DNA of 64,000 nucleotides from Psammoneis japonica (Eukaryota). Positions 25,287 through 35,877 of this stretch are shown here, one piece after another. Positions within the stretch are counted from its first letter, which is position 1. Every line of letters starts with the position of its first letter. The notes beneath the pieces were generated by a model that saw only the letters and a list, made by a program, of their open reading frames with translations, had not been told where the DNA came from and made no database searches. The stretch covers positions 1 through 64,000 of the forward strand of contig QPGO01000092.1 in the NCBI GenBank assembly GCA_008632985.1. Direction: 5' to 3'. Both the position numbers and the translations under genes were made by a program.

Positions 25287-28200
25287 TCAACTCCGATGCG
25301 GCACCACGCGGCGAATGTCAATTCGCTCAATGACGTGCGGTGCTCGCAGCACCGAAACAGTCCCGTTGGCGTGGACTTGTGCAATTCGAAACGGACCACA
25401 GGCTCGTTCTTCCAACTTTGAAGGATCCACCGACTTGATTGATGCATCTTGACCAACTGGATGATCGCAGGAATGGCGCTTCGCATTCTGTCGTCGCAGG
25501 TTCTCGTCGATCAACACTTGTCGGTTGGCTTGTGTCGCAGCAAGGTCGGAGACAACAGGCAAGTCCAAAATCACATCGCATTGAAACACTGGAGCTCCAC
25601 TTGAAACACCCACAGACCTTGAGTGGGAGCATCGCAAAGCACAAGAGGCTGCAGCAAGGGCATCGTCCACAATCTGCTTGGCCTGTTGAACATTTAAAGG
25701 TGGGTCAGCGACAACCACAGTGCGCAAGATGTTAGCTGCTGTCTGGTGCATTCATTCACAAACAGAGTTGGCTGCAGGATTTTGAGACGTCGTCGGCGCA
25801 TCAGCAACACCCGCTTGATTTAGCAGCATTTGGAACTCCCAACCAATGAATTCTCCACCATTGTCATGGATGCATCGATTCGGTCTGGGACAACAAGCCA
25901 ACCAAAGATTGTGAAACTTGTTGGTCACATGCTGAGAAGTTTTGTCATCAGCGCGCACGAGTTCAGTCAATCCAGTGACAGCATCAATGCAAGTGAGAGC
26001 GCTGAATTCAATCTCTTGGTCTTGAATCGGCATTTTCCACGGTCCAATGAGATCAACCGCTGCTTCCATCCACAGAGCTAAAGGTGCTTGACGTTGAGGC
26101 AATTCTCCACATCCAGGGCCCAGTTGTTTAAATCGTTGACACGCATTGCAAACAAATTCGTTACAACGTCGACGCAATGCAGGATGACACACATGAGTCC
26201 GAATGCTTTCATGCAATCGCACAACTCCACAATGGCCCAACACGTGATGGTGCCATGCAATGGCATCCGGCAACAACGCAGCAGGAATGCAAATTTTCCA
26301 GGCTCCAGATGGATCATTCAGATGCAAACAATGACAAATCAGGGGGTGATGATTCACAATCTTGACCACAAATTGCTGCGGATTTTGTTGTCTTTGCTGG
26401 TTCAGTTGGAGGTCTTTGAACTGGAGCTGTTGTGTCCTTGGCATCACAGTGGGGTTCGGCATTTCGTCCAGCGTCGGGTGATTCAAAAAGCATTCAAACA
26501 ATTCAGGCTCATCAAGCAGAGAGGAAAAGGCGGCGCGAGACTCATCAGAAGGATCAATGGGAGCACGGCAACACTTGAACCTGCAAGCGCCCAACTCCAA
26601 ATCTTCCTCTTCCTTGGCCCTGCTTAGTTCTTTGGAATCCAACTTTCAAAATGAACAATTTTTCCTTTGCGTTTGCTGCTTGGCCCAAGGCTCTTCCCCT
26701 CCAAAGGCGGTCCATGCATGGGAGACGAGAAAAACAATCGGCGAGCACGTCATCCTTGCCTTTGACATGTTTAAAGGCAGGCGCGAAATCTTTGAGGAAC
26801 AGTCGCCAACGAAGGACGCGTTGTGCATTCAAAGCATGAAAGGTGAGATTTTTGTGATCAGTGTGAACAGCAAAATCAGCACCAAGCAACATTGAGCGAA
26901 ATTCCTTGAAGCACATGATGACGGCCAGGAGTTCTTTTTCCATTGTTGAGCAATTGTGTTGAGCCGCCGAGAGCTTCTTAGACCAATGCGCCACAGGTTT
27001 GCCATCTTGAATGACAGCGGCGCCCATCTGGCAGTCTGATGCATCGGTGTAGACATGGAATGGTGGGTTGTGGTTGGGGTGGGCCATCAACGCCATCACT
27101 GCCTTCTTCTCCTTGAACGCTTTCTGACATGATTCTGTCCATTGGAAATGACTCTTGCCTGTCAATTCAGTCAGAGGTGCAAGCAGGTGAGAACGGCAAG
27201 GCCACATGTTACGATGGCAGGTTGCTGCACCGAGAAACGACCGGAGCTGAGCAGTGTCCCGTGGAGGTTGCATTCGTGGGATCGCCTCGACCTTCTTTTT
27301 CCACAGTTTGGTGCCAGTTGGAGCAAGCCAATGCCCTGGAAAATCGGTTTCTTGGACACACCACTCGCATTTCAACGGGTTGACTTTCAAACCATTCTCC
27401 TCAAGACGATGTGGCACCTTGTCAAGACGAGAGAGATGGCAATCAAAGTCAGTGTCAAATGCGCCAATGTCATCAATGTAAGTTTCAACATCCAAACCAT
27501 GCAGGATCTTTTCAATGATGGACTGAGCAATGTCTGGAGCTGGCTTCAATCCCACAGCCACACGACAACACTGGAATTTCCCGCACGGAGTTGCAATTGT
27601 AGCGAGCTCCTTGCTTTCATCGTCCAACTCCAAATTGCAGCAGAACACAGTGAGATCCAGTTTCGTGAAGAACTTGTAGCCCGCTCTCCGCTGCAGCACA
27701 TCTTGAACAACCGGTGAAGGACACACTTTTCGCTTGAGGACCTTGTTGAGCTCCCGAAAATTGGATGCCCATCGCACTCGGCCATCCTTCTTCGGAGTGA
27801 CAAAGGTGCCAGCTGCCCATTCCGCAGGTCCACATGGTCGCAGTGCGCCAAGATTCACCAAATGCTTCAACTCCTTTTTGAATGCTTCTTCATTGACTCC
27901 AGCAACAGGAAATGGTTTTGAGTGACAAGGAATGGCATTTTCATCCACTTCAAGGTGCACCTTTTCATGAGGACAGTGCCCCAAAGTTCCATCAAACAAA
28001 GTTGAATGTTTTTCCAACACCGTCAACAGCTTCTTCTTTTGCTCTTCTGTGAGATGGTCTAAGTTCCGAACCACTTCCGCTGGATCCGTTGCTTCATGCT
28101 TGGCGTCGAGCACACAGTTGTCACATCCATCATCGCATCCATGGTCCGACTCGTCTTCATGATCTTCATCAAATTCATCCATTCGATCTAAAGCCACATG

Positions 28201-28755
28201 CCAATTGCAGGATTTGGACCAATGACGTGGTTCCTTCATTGGGATCACACGGTCCAGCCATCGCAGTGTCCTCGTGTCGCAGTTCAGGTTGAGGCCAATC
28301 TTGTCCAAGAAATCTTGACCCAAAATGATGTCACACGCACACGGAGCATCGAATGCGTGAGCCACACAGCCGTCAATCCTCCCAGTTTTGTTGAATTCCG
28401 GCAACACGACATCACTCAAGGCCACCCAACGACCCAATTGGAAAGGACCTGCAACGGTTTGAAAAGCTCGGACTCCATGTTCGTCAACAGATGGCGCGGC
28501 TCCTCGAGGCAAAACTTGGGACGAAATCACTGTGTGAGAACCACCCGAATCGAACAAAACACGCATCACACGATTCGACTCATGCCGTTGGATTGATTTT
28601 GCAACAAGTGGTGCAGATGGGACCAATGTGGTGCACGAGACTTGCGAGCCCATTTTGGGGAGAGGAGTGTCATGTTCAAATGCATCTTGATCAAACACAT
28701 CCCCCTCTTCATTCACGCAATTTTCTGTGGTGTTTTCAAATTCAACAGGCAACAA
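25287..28755 (-). pseudogene. Gypsy pol remnant: protease, reverse transcriptase, RNase H, integrase
   Basis: RVLFDSGGSH (PR), PKKDGRVR and YIDD (RT), TDASD and EKELLA (RH), HHHVLGH..C..C, VDLIGP, HDNGGEF, NSVCE and GPF (IN); frameshift near 26600 and in-frame stop at 25752. Confidence 0.9.
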
Positions 28756-28899
28756 TTCATCAGGATTTTCAAAACAATCAAAAGCAAAACATTCATCATT
28801 TCATTCAGGCAAAACACAATCATTTTCTTCAACAAATGCTTCTCTCACAGGCAATTGGGAGCACTCAGCTCCGGAGCATTCAGCTCCTTCTTCTCAGAA

Positions 28900-30200
28900 C
28901 TGCCAAGGAAACTGCCCGTCCAGCTGAAACCTCACCACACCTCCGCATCATGGAGGGCCTCGTCCGATCACATCGAAATGGTGCACATCACCACCAGGAG
29001 CTTCTCAAGCCTGGTTGTCATTGTTCACATTGTCTGCTTGAGCAGCACATCCGTCGGCCTGTCCTTGGCCTCCACGGTTGTTGTTTTCATTGCAACAATG
29101 TTGACCACCACCTTGGTTGCCATTGTTGTTTTGATTTCCGTTGTTTTCATTGTGACAATGTTGACCACCACCTTGGTTGCCATTGTCACTTTGATTTCTG
29201 TTGTTGTTGTTGCAATGGGTGCCACGACCTCCTTGGTTCTGGCTGCCACGACCACCAAAGCATCCACCGCCTCCACGGCCTTGACCACGGCCTCCTTGGA
29301 AACGACCTCCGCCTCGACCTCCACCGCCACGGCCTCCTCCTCGACCGCCACGGTTCTGAGGCCCACGACAGTTGGGGTTGTTTGGATTGTCATGACACTG
29401 GCCCCACACATGTCTTCCATGGTGCCACAGGACCGGACACGGATCACCTGCCTTCGGTTGGCCCTTGCCATCCTTCTTGTCACGGTTGCCCTTTTTGTCA
29501 CTGGAGTTCCCTCTGTTGCCATTGCTGGACTTGCGTTTCTTGTTGTCTTGACCATCGGCAAACACCTTCTCGTTGCTCATGCAGGCTTGGATGTCCACCA
29601 TAGAATCTGCAACGAGGTTCTTGCCCGCACGAATGCAGGGCTGCTGCCAGGTCAAAGGAAAGGTGCAAAAGATGACATTTTTCTGCTCCTGCTCTGTAAG
29701 TGCAGGAACGGTTCCAGGCAAACGGTCAGCATGACGAAACAACATTTCCATGCAATCAATGTGAGTTCAGATTCTGCTGAGTGAGGCTTTTTGCAAGCAG
29801 GCAAATGCATCTTCATTGTGTCGCGAGCTGTCGGTTTCACGCAGTGCAAACAACAGGCTGAGACAGCCTGATCAAATCGAGCTGCCGTCCGTTGATTCTG
29901 TTGGATGCCCGCGGCAACATTCTGCCATTTTGCTTCCGCAGTTCCTTGGAGACAATCCTCAAAAGCATCAAACAACTCTGTTCCGGCATCATAATCCAGC
30001 TGTCTTGCCACCTTCCGGAGCCTGTCCTCCACGTGCAACAATGATTCAATTCCATGCTCTCCTGTGAAAATGGGACACAGTTTTGAAAGTTCAGCACCAT
30101 CATCAAAGGTTTGAGTGAGCTTCACTTCCTGCAGTTCAGAATCCACGAATTTGGTTTTACATTCAATGCACACTTTCTCCAAGGCTTCTTGACACATGGC
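28900..30200 (-). pseudogene. Gypsy gag remnant with zinc-knuckle-like motif, RGG tract and 60-bp x2 repeat (29081-29200)
   Basis: ORFs 29652-30287 and 29005-29751 linked by a frameshift; CPVLWHHGRHVWGQC followed by RGGRGG; lies between the 5' LTR and pol; ends approximate. Confidence 0.75.
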
Positions 30201-30522
30201 GATGAACAATTTCAGCGATCGAACAATCAACAATCCACAAGACAAACGAAATGAAACGTTCCCAATTGATCCACACAACGAGAACAATCAACAACCAAAC
30301 AACAACGAATTCAAGAGCAGCAACACGAGATTCACGTTCAAACAAACGCTGCTCCGAATCACCAATTTCACGAGCACAATCACGCTGCGATTCTGATCGA
30401 CTTCGAATGAAATTTTCTGCACGAGCTCGCAAATAAATTTTCTCTCTTCTCGATGACACTCTTCGCGTTGTCATAAATTTGATAATGTAATGAACAAGCT
30501 ATAACAACGACTGTAATTACAG

Positions 30523-30704
30523 TGCAAGATCTAGCTTGAGATGACTTGATAAAAGTTGTGGGAGAACCGAGAAGAGACCCGATCAGCGCAATCGCTGATC
30601 GGAACTGACTTCTAACGGCTTCCTGAATATCTAATACGTTAGTTAATATACATATATCAGAGAGGGCACACTCGGTCATCAAGTACATGTGCCTATCTCA
30701 TTCA
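30523..30704 (-). repeat. 5' LTR (largely unmutated copy)
   Basis: Aligns with 24992-25175; retains TA and CG sites; followed by TSD ACTTG. Confidence 0.92.
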
Positions 30705-30769
30705 ACTTGGTACTTTCTCCGTGATAAGACACAAGACACAAGACGCAAAGCACCGGTACCACAAGCAAC

Positions 30770-31582
30770 ATGAGCGACGTCAAGAAAGGAGAATACGAAT
30801 CTGCCTTTGACATCTATCCAGATTTGGATCTAGTGGAGCCAGTTTTGGAGCCAATGCCTGACTATGAAATTGTCAACCGATTGATGCGACGTACAATGAA
30901 AGAAAGGAACGACACTTTCAGAGAAAATCTGAAGAGAAATTACGACTTGCAAGAGGTGTTTCTATTAGTATCTGATCCAAACAATGAGATAACTTTAGAG
31001 AGGCTGATGACTGACAGATTGTTGCTGTCTGGAATCAAGAGATTTGAGGAAGAGTTTGTGAACATAGTGGAGTTTTCCATTCGTCAATTGGAAGAAATGA
31101 AAGATTTGAGCGAGCGTGGCCTCCTTGTCAATGATGCAATGGTAGAAGCAAGCAACTTGTGCTTTCTCGTAGAAGAAGGGGAGATGCCGATGTCTTTTTT
31201 TCGAGCAGACGTTCAAGTCAGGAGACTGTACAAATTTCTAGAAAAATGGAACTCCACGTCCATGGATGTGCTGTTGAACAAAATGGACAAATGGCGAAAG
31301 ATTCAGAGAGGTCAATTGACACTCGACAAAAACGAGGAACTGCCTTTCCATTTTCTGAGACCATTTGACATTCAAATTGTCACTCCAATCGAAGCAGGGA
31401 GAGAAGTCATGGAGGAATCTGAAGCGAAAACAGAGGTCGAAGCTAGGGCCCTAGGACACTTGGATCAGCCAATGAAGATGAGGAAATTGGCATTTCGCCT
31501 TAAGCATAGTAAGATTGTGCTTGAACTCGCACATTTGGGCTTGAGCCAATCTCAAATCTATGGTCTAAATAAAGAATCGTAG
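30770..31582 (+). CDS. Hypothetical 270-aa charged, probably helical protein
   Basis: Clean ATG-initiated ORF with normal composition; no recognised domain. Confidence 0.65.
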   Translation: MSDVKKGEYESAFDIYPDLDLVEPVLEPMPDYEIVNRLMRRTMKERNDTFRENLKRNYDLQEVFLLVSDPNNEITLERLMTDRLLLSGIKRFEEEFVNIVEFSIRQLEEMKDLSERGLLVNDAMVEASNLCFLVEEGEMPMSFFRADVQVRRLYKFLEKWNSTSMDVLLNKMDKWRKIQRGQLTLDKNEELPFHFLRPFDIQIVTPIEAGREVMEESEAKTEVEARALGHLDQPMKMRKLAFRLKHSKIVLELAHLGLSQSQIYGLNKES

Positions 31583-31638
31583 GGAGGTTTGTCCCACAAT
31601 CCGAAAGGTAGAAATGACTCTGAGCTCGCTTACAATTC

Positions 31639-32628
31639 TTACGGTTGTAGATAGACTGATACTAGGGGAGCTGCTTGGTCAAGAAGAAAAGTACCATCAT
31701 CCGCAAATAGATGGCCGCAGTTTGGGATGCTGTGAAATTTAGTTTGCGTGTTGGGTGCAGCCACAGCTTCGCGAAAGAACTCTCGGCCCTTGTCAAAAGA
31801 ACAAACGTAGTCACCTTCGGGCCAAATTATCAAGCGTTCCGCATCACCCGACGGATCAAGGTCCTTGGTGCAGAGGAACATGGGATCTTCATCATTCAGG
31901 AACGTGTACATCATGGAGCGATAATGGTTGGATGGCGTGGTCTCGAGCTGTTCCCGATACACACCTTCAAGAAAGAACTTTGGAATTGGGTCCTTCTTCT
32001 TGTGATTGGGCGTACCCATATCACGAAAACAGGTCTTGACATCGGCACGGCTTTCGAAGCAAAAGTGATTTTTTCGGTCGTTTACAAAATCATCAACGAA
32101 TTGGTCACTCAGGCATGCCCGTATTGCAGGAGAAACAAGGACTACCCTGTGGATCTTGACGCGCGGCTCTGGATGATGCTTCAAAAAGTACACCAGTGCG
32201 CCCCCCAAGGAATATCCAACCATGTGGCATTCTTCAACGTTTACAGCCTCCAGAAAGTCAAAGGCCATTTGCAAAATCTCGGCTTGCGAAGCGTGCTGAT
32301 AGGAATCTGAAAACGCGCGCTGTTTGTCACTTCCATGTCCCGGCAAATCTGGAGCCAAGATACGATAGGAGTCGCCCAAATTCAGGGCCGTGACAAAGGC
32401 CGCAAAATTCTTGGCTTCGTCCGTCATACCGTGAAAGAAAACAATCGTAGTTACTTTTCCTTTACTATTTTTGGGTTCGCGTTCATAGTAATGCACGGGC
32501 AACCCATTTCGTCGCAAAACGACCGTCTTGGGGACCAACTGAGCTTCCTTCAAAAGCTGGCTGCTGGCCAACCGAAGGAGTCTTCGACCCACTGCAGCTT
32601 CGACACGTCGAGGGACGACTCGCACCAT
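31639..32628 (-). CDS. Alpha/beta-fold hydrolase (lipase/esterase-like)
   Basis: FHGMTD oxyanion motif, PDLPGHG, nucleophile GYSLGG, C-terminal IPNCGH. Confidence 0.9.
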   Translation of the reverse strand: MVRVVPRRVEAAVGRRLLRLASSQLLKEAQLVPKTVVLRRNGLPVHYYEREPKNSKGKVTTIVFFHGMTDEAKNFAAFVTALNLGDSYRILAPDLPGHGSDKQRAFSDSYQHASQAEILQMAFDFLEAVNVEECHMVGYSLGGALVYFLKHHPEPRVKIHRVVLVSPAIRACLSDQFVDDFVNDRKNHFCFESRADVKTCFRDMGTPNHKKKDPIPKFFLEGVYREQLETTPSNHYRSMMYTFLNDEDPMFLCTKDLDPSGDAERLIIWPEGDYVCSFDKGREFFREAVAAPNTQTKFHSIPNCGHLFADDGTFLLDQAAPLVSVYLQP

Positions 32629-33469
32629 AGTTCATTCTCTCTTTTAAGAGTACGGAACGACTAATACCTTAGGAGCACGAAACGAACGGAGACTGTGGGA
32701 ACTTTCGGTCGTGTGTTTCTTCTTATCTTTGCTCATGGCAATTGAACCGTCACCTTGAGCCACCGCACGCGCCGCACCGTAGCCACCAGTACAAACGCAT
32801 CGTAGAGTACATCGCCACGTCCAAAATTTCAAATTTCTCCCTCCGACCCAGACCTCCGCGCGGTTCACGCAATACAACAGCGCTTGAACTCGATCTACTC
32901 TCTCTACTGAGAAGCTAGAAGTAGGGCCCTCTCTAGTAGCTAGAGAGTCTCCAGTAACATGGCTCCACGGATTCGCATTGCTGTCGCGATGATGTGACAC
33001 TTTGAAACTACGAAAAGCTGCACAGCATGGAATATCTTTAGAAAGCGAGAGGAAACAAAACTGAGCTTCGCAACTTGGCTAGTGGCCAGGCCATGGAACA
33101 CAAGGCTCCTTCAACTTTCGTGTGCCAGTCCACTGCACTGATGTTTTCTTCCTCAATCAGTCTCTCTCTAGAGAGAGTCATTGCTACAATAGGCAGCAGA
33201 GCTTCTCGTTTACTCCAAACCGCCAGTATGCTGTTTGCTGTGGGATTCACTGTTCACTTCTGTGCTGTTTTCCGGCAATACGGACAAGGGACACAATTGA
33301 GGAATTCTCCCCTCGTGCAGCAAAGACATTCGTTCGTCACCATGCCAGTGCAACAAACATGTTAGACGACGGACGACAAATGTTTACGATATATATTACT
33401 ATCATCCAGAATACGATTGTGTTTATGAAACAAGAGCGACCTCGATGCAGAATTAGAATTTCTCTCTTC

Positions 33470-34385
33470 TCAACTACAGAAGCACAATAATGCAATCAAC
33501 GAACACAAACTATCTTTGTCCACATGAACAGAACAGAATTTCAAGCATTCATCGTTCCACGTATCGCTAGAATCCACAGAAGTGGAAGACTCCTCCCTTT
33601 CCTTCACCTCCTCACTGCTTTTTCGGATAAGTTCCAATGTCCTGGTGGCAGCCTTGGCCGATTTTTCATCCCCATAGAGTGTAGATGGACGTCTTTTTCT
33701 CCTTGCCTTGGAGATTGCAATTTCCAACTCGTACATGCTCACAAAGACACTCGCTTTGCTGTCTGAATACTTTTCGTTTCTGGAACTTCGTCCCCGTGGC
33801 AACACCACCTTGCCATCGACAAGCACTTCAAACGTCGGAGACGAATCACCACTACCTCCAAATTGCTCGTCCATGGAAGGCAATATGCGCTTTTCAATAA
33901 TCACATCCGGATGGGCCTCTTTGATGCGTTTCGCAACGGTGAGATAAAAGGCTTTGAGGCCTTCGCAATAGCAAATGGTTACAACCACCCGTTTCTCCTA
34001 CAATAAAAGAGACAACAAACACAGCAACATGAGACAGACATAAGGATCGGTCTTTTCCCATAATGAGATACCACGGCAGTAAGGAGCAACAGCACATGAT
34101 ACGTTTTCTTACCTGCATCGTAATGTACTTTTCGTAAGACAATGCCGGTGCAAACGGCATGACTTGTCCGGGGTCGCTTTCCTCAGACTCGTCAAATTCA
34201 GCCAGTTTTGCATCAATATCGTCACCATTCACAAGAACATCAGCGGTCGTAACTCCAAACAGCGATCGTGTTGAGAATTTCCGTCGAGGCAATTGTGGAA
34301 CAAGGCCGTGGCATGTTCTTTGTACCGTCGCCGTGATTGCAAGCACACAATAACAGAAACTTATCGAGAATCTTCTTCTAGTCAT
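33470..34385 (-). CDS. Rdx/SelW-like thioredoxin-fold protein with N-terminal targeting peptide; intron 33998-34112
   Basis: Spliced MQ|EKRVVVTICYCEGLKAFYLTVAKRIKEAHPDVIIE...FEVLVDGKVV; GTAAG donor and TAG acceptor; hydrophobic N-terminus. Confidence 0.65.
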
Positions 34386-34840
34386 TTTCAATTTTCGGTT
34401 TCGATTCCACTTCAGTTTCAAGTCCGATTCGAGGAAACAAAGAGGTACTCAGTGGATCAATGGATGCGATGATGGATGCTCTTTGTCAGAGTTTGTATTG
34501 ATGAGAGTGTGTGTTGCGTGTTGCCATCGCCATCACTGCGGTTCGATTTTTTGGCACCTTGCAAATGACGTGTCGGCGATCGTCGTGATATCAGTAGAAA
34601 TTGTACTGAGTCATACGACGGTACGATTTCCACAGAGTTCTACAGAAATAATGAGGTTTCATCACCGATCGGCTTGCGTGCTGTCATGTGCTCCGATCGA
34701 CGGACGGACGCAAGAGCGAAACCTTGACGGACGCACGCACGACGCCAACGCATCGATCCACCATGGCAAAAACAGCCGGCGAGGAACAACCGTTCTATCA
34801 GCGACACGAGCCTTCTTTCTACACGCATCATAATTAAGCC

Positions 34841-35743
34841 ATGAGGTGTTTGATCAACACTTTATGGATAACTGCAGTTCTATTTCTGAGTCAGTTTCAA
34901 CATGCCGAATGCTGGACTATCGATAATCTGAACCGCATGCAGCATCAACCACCATCAAGACTCTTCACTGCTGCTCTATCGTCCGGATGCATTGCTCCTG
35001 AAACTACGGATACGCAACTTGAAGCGGTTCAGAAACGTCTTGATGAGGTTTTTGGAAGTGTCGACTCGAAGGAATGGAACGACAGAAGGCAAGCAGCCAT
35101 TGATCTTTCGGAGAGCGACAGCAGCGTTGCCTTATTGGAGCGGCATGAGCGTGTTTATGGCGAACTCGGACTGGAGGCTGTAGCAACTCTTTTGGATGCT
35201 GTTGGAGTCCAACCGAATGAATGCTTTTTAGACATTGGTTCTGGAGATGGCCTGATTGTGGCGGGTGCAGCCATGTTGTTTCCAGAGCACGTGCGAGTTT
35301 CTAGAGGACTTGAAATCATACCAGCACTCCATGAACGATCTGTAATGTATCATCAAAAACTTCTTTTGCTTCAGAAACAAAATGCTTTCAGCTGCAGTCC
35401 CATGGAATTTTACATGGGAGACATTCACGATGCAATTCAGGATTTTTCATCGGACGAAAACAACGCCGAGGAGACGACTGTGTTGGACATTGTTCAAGAC
35501 ACAACATTGGCGGTTTGCTTTGCAACTACATGGTCTCGAGGTAATGCTGGTAGACAATTGCCCAAGCTTGCTAAAGCGCTCGAGGCATTACCATCTGGCA
35601 GCCGTGTGGTTGTGGTGGATGGGGTGCTATCCTCCGACGCACTGGAGGACTGCGGCGAGTTGCGTCTTTACTGCCCCGACACGGCTCCGTATTCGACCGC
35701 TCGCCTATACACTAGGCGACGAGCGGTCACTGTTAATGATTGA
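34841..35743 (+). CDS. SAM-dependent methyltransferase, DOT1-like, with signal peptide
   Basis: VYGEL...FLDIGSGDG (motif I)...RGLEII; N-terminal MRCLINTLWITAVLFLSQFQHAEC-W. Confidence 0.75.
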   Translation: MRCLINTLWITAVLFLSQFQHAECWTIDNLNRMQHQPPSRLFTAALSSGCIAPETTDTQLEAVQKRLDEVFGSVDSKEWNDRRQAAIDLSESDSSVALLERHERVYGELGLEAVATLLDAVGVQPNECFLDIGSGDGLIVAGAAMLFPEHVRVSRGLEIIPALHERSVMYHQKLLLLQKQNAFSCSPMEFYMGDIHDAIQDFSSDENNAEETTVLDIVQDTTLAVCFATTWSRGNAGRQLPKLAKALEALPSGSRVVVVDGVLSSDALEDCGELRLYCPDTAPYSTARLYTRRRAVTVND

Positions 35744-35877
35744 TCAAAGGAAAGCAAAAGAACTCACAAAGTGTTGGATTGACGGTAACTGCAGTTTTGG
35801 AGAAGCCTGCGAGCTGGTGAAATTGAAACGTTTTTCTTTTGCAACACCGTTCATGCTGGTATACAACGGTATGAAAT

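Larger units (their letters stand above)
24992..30704 (-). mobile_element. Full-length, inactivated Ty3/Gypsy LTR retrotransposon
   Basis: TG...CA LTRs at 24992-25175 and 30523-30704; 5-bp TSD ACTTG at 24987-24991 and 30705-30709; polypurine tract (minus strand GGAGGGGAAGAG) at 25176-25187; domain order gag-PR-RT-RH-IN. Confidence 0.95.

Noticed and set aside
28491..29784. Long plus-strand ORFs (370 and 380 aa) antisense to gag
   Set aside because: Low-complexity mirror of the gag repeats, kept open because TAA/TAG stops were erased; no domain motifs.
2525..30430. Classical fungal RIP or plain 5mC deamination as the full explanation of the composition bias
   Set aside because: RIP creates TA and deamination removes only CG. 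Here TA is the most completely lost dinucleotide, and the Tyr->Cys/His changes show the loss direction.
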